A stretch of DNA of 64,000 nt, taken from positions 64,046,001 to 64,110,000 of the forward strand of contig OZ241827.1 in assembly GCA_965202585.1 (NCBI GenBank), read 5' to 3'. Both the position numbers and the translations under genes were made by a program. Origin of the DNA: Thalia democratica. Lineage: Eukaryota. Positions 23,470 to 64,000 of the stretch are shown piece after piece. Numbering within the stretch: the stretch's first letter is position 1; each line of letters opens with the position of its first letter. A model generated the notes under the pieces. The model saw only the letters and a list, made by a program, of their open reading frames with translations. It did not search any database and was not told the origin of the DNA.

Positions 23470-24093
23470 ATTAAAAAATAAAGATAAAGTCTTTTAAAAA
23501 GAATTTTTAACTAATATTCATTTTTTTATTGATTAAACAAAAAAAAGACTTTATATTTTTTAATGTTGAACAATTTTAATAAAAAAAAAAACTGTTGTTA
23601 GATTTTAACTACTGCAAGGCACACTTTCTGGAAGTTAGAGAACTTATGCTCAAAAAATCAACTACCTATAGCTTTAAGTTAAAAAAATATTACACACTGT
23701 AATAATAATACACAGTAAAAAAATGTTAAAATTTTTTCTTAAGTTAGGAAAATCTCTGTATAAAATTTTTGACAAACTAGTAAAAATCAAGAATGTAAAC
23801 TTGAAGAATTGGTAAGAATAGATAAAATTTACAGATTTGCCACACACTCAGGACATTTAAGATAACTGCGGATATTTAAAGTTTTAGAAAATTACAGGAT
23901 GAATCAGCATATTTTTTAATTATAAACTTAAAACATTACTTTTTATAAACTTCAAATGTTTTTTTTTTAAATCTCAAGCTAGTTTTTTTTCTAGATTTTA
24001 TATGAGATCTATTTAAGTTGGTTTAAATTTTTAGTTTTTTTTAACTAACTTTGTTCAAGCACTTAATTTTTATTGATTTTGTAAAGTTTTTAA

Positions 24094-24762
24094 GGGCCTA
24101 GGAGAGGTAAATCTTTTTTTTCACAATTCAATTTTATTTTATAGATTTAACTAAGCTACAAGATGCTTTTTACAGAATTAAAAATTTAAAATAATTTTTG
24201 AGATATAGCAGGTCAAAATTGGAGGCAAAAATAGGTTCCTTAGGGAGGTACAAACTAAAATTGCAAAAAAAAACTATTTCACTATAAATCTATCATCTCC
24301 TACGTTTTTTGAGATAAATATCTCAAACTTTCAGGAAATGTTCCTTGCAATATTTGAAATGTTCTGTAAGATAAGATAAAAAAAATTAGAAAATAAAATT
24401 ATCATAAAAAAATAAACAAAAAAAAATTTATTTTGTTTTTTTGTCATAAATTTATCTTTTTTTTATTAAAAAAAATTTTTTTTTGACAGAATCTTTTAAA
24501 TATTGCAAGGAACATTTCCTGAAAATTTGAGGCAGTTTTCTAAAAAAATGTAGAAGATAGATTTTTAGTGAAATAGTCTTTTTTTTTGCCCTTTTAGTTT
24601 GTACCTCCCTAAGGAACCTATTGTTGCCTCCAATTTTGACCTGCTATATCTCAAAAGTTAATTTTTAAATTTTAATTCTGTAACAAAAAGGTTAGTTAAA
24701 ACAAAATAAAACAAGACTATATTGTTATAAAGGTTGTTTGACCCCTCAACCCTCCTATGCTC
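24094..24762. mobile_element. Foldback MITE, TTAA-flanked, Kolobok-like
   Basis: Long inverted arms: 24200-24260 GAGATATAGCAGGTCAAAATTGGAGG...CAAACTAAAA is the near-perfect reverse complement of 24593-24652. Left TTAA|GGGCCTAGG; right end CCTCCTATGCTC. Confidence 0.8.
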
Positions 24763-25922
24763 TAATTTGTTTTAAATGATTTAAAAAAATCACAGGATGA
24801 CTCAGAACAGTTTCAGGTTAATCAGGTCAGTTTTTTGACTCAAAAAGTGGCAACCCTGTATTTATACCATACAATTAATTATATTAATACCAATTTCTCT
24901 TTGTTACATACTTCCAATGGAACATTTAAAACAATACAAAGTTGTCGGAAAAGTTTTGACTATTTTTCTTAAAGCAATTAAGATTAACCAAAGATCTGTC
25001 CCTTTTTATATATTTTACTGTTAAAGTCTACTTGTTTTTAACAAATGCACTTTTAAATTTATAGAATTTGTAGCATAAATTTTTTTAATATCTAATATCT
25101 TCAGCGATGTTAATATCTTCAATTAAAAAAATATATAAAAAAGAAAGTTTTGGGAATTTATTTTTATTTTATATGACTAATACACAACTGAAGCTGGCAA
25201 GTGGTTATTTACTAGAAAATGAAACTAAGATGTATAATTAAAAGTTAATAGATTAGAAGAATTGTTAGTTAAAGTTTGACAATTTTTTATTATCTTTTGA
25301 ATAACTTTTTAAATATCAGTCAAAATTAAAGTTTGAACCAATTACACAAAAATACCTAAACTACTTATTCACATATGTATTTTTTCAACCTTTTTTATCG
25401 GATGTGGTATAGCCCCGTTAAAAAATAAAAAAAATATAGTATTATAATGTGTTAGTTTAAAAAAAGACTTTTAAAAAACTCAGAACTGTTTTAAATAAAT
25501 ACTGAGGGTCATGCCACTTAAAGGCTTTAGTTGGCTTTATGAAAGAAACTACAAAAAAAAACTGAAACTCTTATTTTAGGAGTTAAACTATTAAGGTTTT
25601 TAAGTTTTTTTTTTTGAAAAATAAAATAAAATGAATGCTTTAAAAAATCTTTGAATAAGTAATGTAGTTTTTCAATAAATACTACACTATACCAAAATAA
25701 AGTAGTAAAAAATTACTAAAGATAAGTTTTTTTAGTATTTTTGTGTAGAACTTACAATCTATTTTAAACCAGTTTTTTGTTATTTAAAGTAGTTTTTGAG
25801 CTGAAAAAGCACAAACTGACGGCCTTTGAACTTGAGTAACTTTTGAAATACTTTGTAACTTTTGAAATACTTTGCAGAAAATAAACAAAATCTCTTTTCA
25901 AAAGAAGAAACCAAGCTATATA

Positions 25923-26352
25923 CAATAGGGTGCTTATTTTTACAGCTACTTTTTATTTGACAAACACATTGTGAACAATTTAGGAAAAGTTATGGTTGCA
26001 TTTTTTGATTTTATGTAATTTTTGTCACTTTTTGTAAGTATTCTTGAATTTCCAGTTTTTTCTTCAAAAATCAATAAATGCCACTATAAAACTTTTTTTT
26101 TCAATCGTTTTTAATTGTTAACAATGTGTTTGTATGATTATTGGCCACATGTAAGATTTCAGCTTAAAACTCCAAGGTCACGTTTAAAGATCTCATACAT
26201 TTTGCAGCGGGGTGGTTTTTAAAAAATTGGTTGGTGCTAAAGTGAAAGTTTCTTTAAATCATCTAAAATTTTGCATAGGGTGTTTTTATGATACTACATA
26301 ATTTTTTTTCCACCTAGAAACTCAAGTAGCTGTAAAAATAAGCATCGTAATA
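25923..26352. mobile_element. TA-flanked MITE (Tc1/mariner-like)
   Basis: Perfect 21-bp inverted repeat TGCTTATTTTTACAGCTACTT (25931-25951) / AAGTAGCTGTAAAAATAAGCA (26324-26344), with TA beyond both degenerate ends. Confidence 0.7.
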
Positions 26353-26849
26353 TACAATTGTATAACTTTTAGTTTTTTCAAGTTTTTTCTTTGGTTTTCT
26401 AGTCACTATAAGTTAGTTTGCATTTGATCCCCTTTTTTACATTGTAATCTTTGAAAAATTTAAATATGTTTCAAACTTTTTCAGTTTATACTTGAAGCTT
26501 ATTAAATAAGAGCCAATGTTAAATTTTGTAAAAAAAATGTTAGACCCCTCCTACTCTTATTATGTTTTGAAAAACGTATTTTAACTACTAAAACATAAAA
26601 TTACTAAAAATTTATGTTTTTCTCCACTTTTTAAAACATTAACCTCAAATTTTCAGAAAGTTTTCCTTGAATTATTTAAAAAACTCCTATTGTAACAATT
26701 TCCAAAAATTATTTATAACTTTATAACAGAAATAAAAACAAAATCTTTTTATTATTATTATTTCAAATTAAAGGACTAAAAAATTTTTAAAGATGTAAAT
26801 GTTTATTCTTTAGTTGAGATTAAACTGAAAAGTTTTCAGAATTATTGCT

Positions 26850-27054
26850 TACTAGCTGTAGGAGAAGGTAGATTTTTGAGGAAATAGATGTTTTTGCTTT
26901 TATGATTTGCCTTCATTCCATAAACCATAAGAACCTATTGAGCCCTCCAAATTTTTACCATCGTATCTCAAAAACTAATTTGAATTTAAAAAAATTGCTA
27001 GCTATATTTTTGAAACAAGACCAACATGTAAAAAAGTGTCTAACCCCTATAGCC
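26850..27054. mobile_element. Right arm remnant of the Kolobok-like foldback family
   Basis: GTAGGAGAAGGTAGATTTTT...GAACCTATTG...TATCTCAAAA...CCCCTATAGCC|TTAA. Confidence 0.6.
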
Positions 27055-27754
27055 TTAATTGTTTAACATACTAGACCTAAAAATGTTTCTCAAAATAAAA
27101 TTTCATATGATATTTAAAAAAAAATAACAGTCAAAAGTAATGAGGTTCCATCATGACTTTTTTATGAACGTAGTTTTAGTTTTTAAAAAAAATAAAGCTA
27201 TTTTATAAATTTAAAAAATATTTAAAAAATGTTTCAATACTATTGAAATTATGAACTAATTTTAAAGCTTAATAGCATAAAACTTTCATGTAACAATAAA
27301 TTTCTGCATTTGATTTATACTTTTGCTTTATTTGCATGTGTTGTAATTTATATTTTTTTAAAGCTTGGTGTTTAACAACTTTTATTCATATCAAAATATT
27401 AAATGCTGAAAAATTGCAACTGAAGTTCAACAAACTGTTGGTATTTTACTTAAATTATAAAGAAAAACTTAAAAAGCTATTTGCCATGTTATCATAGCAT
27501 TGTCATTACATGTAGGGATAATTATAAAAATTTTTGCTGGTAGTAAACAAATGTTGTGTTTTACAACATTCTTATTGTTATATGTTCACATGGTTTCTGT
27601 ATACTTTTAAACGTGTTTGCGGCTCTGTAATGCGTTAATATTATTTCACTGCAAAATTGTCATTTGTTTACGGACCAAATTAAAGAAAATATTATTAATA
27701 AATTGTTTTAATTTTAACCAATGTTTAAAATAACATTGCTAAGATGTTTGTTAA

Positions 27755-28397
27755 GAGCATAGGGGGGTTAATCACTTTTTTTCACAATTTATCTTGTTTT
27801 GTCAAGTTTTAACTAAGTTACGAGTTGATTTTTACAGATATGTTAAAATCAAAATAATTTTTGTGATATAGCTGGTCAAAGTTGAAGACTACACCAGGTT
27901 CCTTATTCAAGACACATTAAAACAGCAAATAACTAGAAATCACTAAGATCTATATCCTACTTTTTTTGAGATAACTACCTCAAACATTCAGGAAACCTTC
28001 TTTGCAATATCTAGAAAACTCTGTTGGAACAAAATTAAAAAAAAAAATTATGACAAAAAAAAACTTTAATTTTTAAAATAAAGTTTTTATTTTTTCAATT
28101 ATTATAAATTTTGTTTCGACACAATTTTTAAGTGTTGTAAGGAACGTTTCCTGGAAGTTTGAGGTAGTTATCTCAAAAAACGTAGGATAAGATAGATTTT
28201 TAGTAATATAGTTTTTTTTTTGCAGTTTTAGTTTGCGCCTCCCATAAGGGAACCTATTGTTGCCTCCGACTTGACCTGCTGTATCTCAAAATCTCTTTTT
28301 TAAATTTTGTACTCTGTAAAATGCATATTGTAGCTTAGTTTAAACTCATAAAATAAGATCAAATTGTGAAAAAAATTAATTACCCCTCTTCTATTCC
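27755..28397. mobile_element. Foldback MITE, TTAA TSD, Kolobok-like
   Basis: TTAA on both sides (27751-27754, 28398-28401); ends GAGCATAGGGGGG / CCCCTCTTCTATTCC; internal inverted arms are homologous to 24094-24762. Confidence 0.8.
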
Positions 28398-29100
28398 TTA
28401 AATAAAGTAGTTTTTAAGTAACTTATATATTTGCCTATAAATTAAATATAGTTTTATGTATTTAGTACAATTTCTTAAATTCAATTACATACCTAGATAC
28501 TTATAAAAATTAAAAAAGACATGTTTAGAGTTTTTTAAGTTTTAAATAAAATGTTATCCTTTGCTCTTACTTGATAAAAATGTGTAAAAGTATGCATAAA
28601 ATTAACTATTAAGTTGCCACTGGTACATTTATTGGTTTTAGTTTCTGGAAAATTTCATGGGCTCTTTTTTTGGGTGATTTTTTTCTTAACAATTAAAATA
28701 ATCTAAATTATTTTATTAACTGTGGCTTATTTCAGCTTGCATGTTTTTGTACTGTACAGTTTAACCAGCTAAAACACAAAGATATAAAATTTACAAATTA
28801 AAGTATATATAGGTATCATACTTTTAAGACAATAACAAGTATTTTAACAAGATAACAAAACTTGTTTTAGGTAAAAAAACCTTAAACCTACTTATTTTTA
28901 ACATCTAACATCAAAATCTGTCTTTTCACGTATTTAATTTATGTTTACAAATGTTTTAAGTTAAGTGCAATTTTTGTTTTCAAACTTACATATCTTCTCT
29001 GTACTTTTAATCAAGTATTTTGATTTTTATTGTTCACAAACATAAGCTAAAATGTCATGATTGTTGCATCTAACATTTTCTAACATCTTTTTTCACACAG

Positions 29101-29166
29101 GTTTGAGCTTATAAACTAACTGCTTTTGCAAACTAACCTTGTGTAAAGTCACTAGCAATCGTCATG
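29101..29166 (+). CDS. Putative PABP 5'-UTR exon ending in the start codon (ATG|GTATGT)
   Basis: Acceptor TTTTTCACACAG at 29100, preceded by two CTAAC motifs. ATG at 29164-29166 with a phase-0 donor joins in frame to AAAG|GCA at 30547. There is no in-frame ATG in the next exon. Confidence 0.4.
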
Positions 29167-29896
29167 GTATGTTTGTTGTTTTTTTTATACAAAATAAACA
29201 ACTTGAAAGAAAAAACTTTGTAGTACTGTTATTTTCTTATAAACATCAAAAAAAAAAACTTATCATATTAACAATGTCTTTGTTAGTTTTCTGTTGAAGT
29301 CTAAAGTTAATTAATTTAGGTAGTAGATTGATAAAAATATTATTTTTAAATCAAAATTATTGTGTGGTTTTCTTTATTACATGACTAATTTTGTTTTGTA
29401 CAGCACAGTAGATAAGTTATTAACTTCAAAGTAAAAGTTTAACTTCAAAAAAAAGTTTATACCTATGAAAATATATCACAAAAAAGTTGATTTTGAAGTT
29501 CTTCTGTACTTCAGTTTATGTGATAAATAAACATAACATTTCAATAAAACATTAAATTATGAATGATTTCAAGAAATCATTTTATGAATAATGAGTTGTT
29601 GAACTGTTGTTTAAAGAAGTTTTAAAGTAATTTACTTATGTCCAGCCTTGTTGACATTCTCTCATTAAGTTATTCAGTTCATCATTCTGTTAAGTTATAT
29701 TCCATTAGTTAACTTTAAAAAGTGTCAAATTAGTTAAAATAGTTTAGATGTTTAGATAAATCAAGTTATTAACGATTTATTAAGCATTTCTTTGAATTTT
29801 AAAAGGCCATGGGGATCAAAGCAGTTTTTTTACAACTTGGTTTGTAAAGTTTATAAAACCATAGATAAATCAAATTAATTACAACTTATTATAGGG

Positions 29897-30260
29897 CCAC
29901 AGAAAAGGGTAAATCATTTTTCTAACAACTTGATCTTATTTTGTAAAGTTTTAATTAAACTACAAATTGCTTTTTAATGGTTTTTGTTAATATTTAAACT
30001 AACTCGACATAGATATAAAAGTGCAATAGGTTCTATATAGGAGTAGATAACTGAAATGATTAATAAACATACACCACAAAAAATCTATCTCCTCCTACAT
30101 TTTTTTCCATTACCTCAAATTTTTAGGAAAATTCTTTTAAACATTAAGTAAGTAACAAATTTAAAAAATACAAGTTTGTGAAAGTATTACAACAAAAAAA
30201 ATCAAAGTTTTATTTTTTGATTACAATTTTTTACCAAAAATTTAATAATTCCATATGAAA
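29897..30260. mobile_element. Left-arm remnant of the Kolobok-like foldback family
   Basis: GGGCCACAGAAAAGGGTAAATC...TTGATCTTATTTT and AAAATCTATCTCCTCCTACATTTT match the arms of the other copies. Confidence 0.5.
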
Positions 30261-30477
30261 GATTTTTTAAAACAATCTCCGCTCATTATTAAATTTCCTG
30301 ATGATCTGCTCATCAGTGAAACGTAATCCTACAAAATGAACAACATTATTGCCACTGCTCACCGTTCTTTGTTTGAACACTTGAAAGTTTGTCCAGTTAA
30401 AAATTCAGTCTAATCAATAAAATCAACATTGGCACTTATTGCCAGATACTACTGGCAGCTTTTATTTTAATGCTTGA

Positions 30478-63688
<33,211 letters not shown>

Positions 63689-64000
63689 GTACAACTAAAA
63701 AATAATATACATTATGTAACCAATACTTTTCAAGTTGATATTGTAGCAAAATGTCATTAAATTTTAATAAATTTGTTTTTGATTAAAGTTTTTACTTGAA
63801 TCCAATCAAGTGCTTTTTGCCGCGGACGGTATAGCTAAATATAATAAATGGTTGACAAAAAAATAAACCCTTGATATTTAAAATATCCTAACAAGTGTAT
63901 TTTGCATACGTGTTTCGGTATTTATAAATTATCATTAGATTATAACAATCAGTTTTTTAACAAGGAAAATCTGAATTTAAAAGTTTCAAAATTTTTCCAA

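Noticed and set aside
30298-30328. CTGATGA-TCTGCTCATCAGT-GAAACGTA as a minimal hammerhead
   Set aside because: Core letters are present, but the stem II closing pair is T-T, stem I does not pair, and CTGATGA/TCATCAG forms a competing hairpin.

Overview
AT-rich metazoan genomic DNA (marine-invertebrate or tunicate-like; the taxon is an inference) with conspicuously GC-rich exons. I assembled three spliced genes by hand. (1) A complete 7-exon sphingolipid delta(4)-desaturase (DEGS-like; +, 406..11119, 328 aa). (2) A 4-exon secreted collagen / coiled-coil / CCP / C-type-lectin gene (-, 14974..13419). It has frame disruptions on both sides of the CCP exon and a partial upstream tandem duplicate. 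(3) A divergent 4-RRM cytoplasmic poly(A)-binding protein gene (+, ~30547..>63688, running off the window). The PABP gene carries two large intronic tandem arrays built from its own splice signals. About 98 copies of a 58-bp unit, each with a CACTAAC branch-point motif, end at a real acceptor. About 220 copies of a 59/62-bp unit, each with the last 8 codons of an exon, a GT(G/T)AGT donor and AATAAA, start inside a real exon. Shorter echoes of exon edges lie beside most other exons of the DEGS and PABP genes. Donor sites follow an unusual GTTNGT consensus and acceptors lack polypyrimidine tracts. Several MITE families are present (6-bp-TSD CAGGGTTGCCAC; TTAA-flanked Kolobok-like foldbacks; TA-flanked Tc1/mariner-like), plus a palindrome with degenerate hammerhead-like cores. 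No rRNA, tRNA or CRISPR was found. Gene models are manual and unvalidated by transcripts; copy numbers are length/unit estimates.
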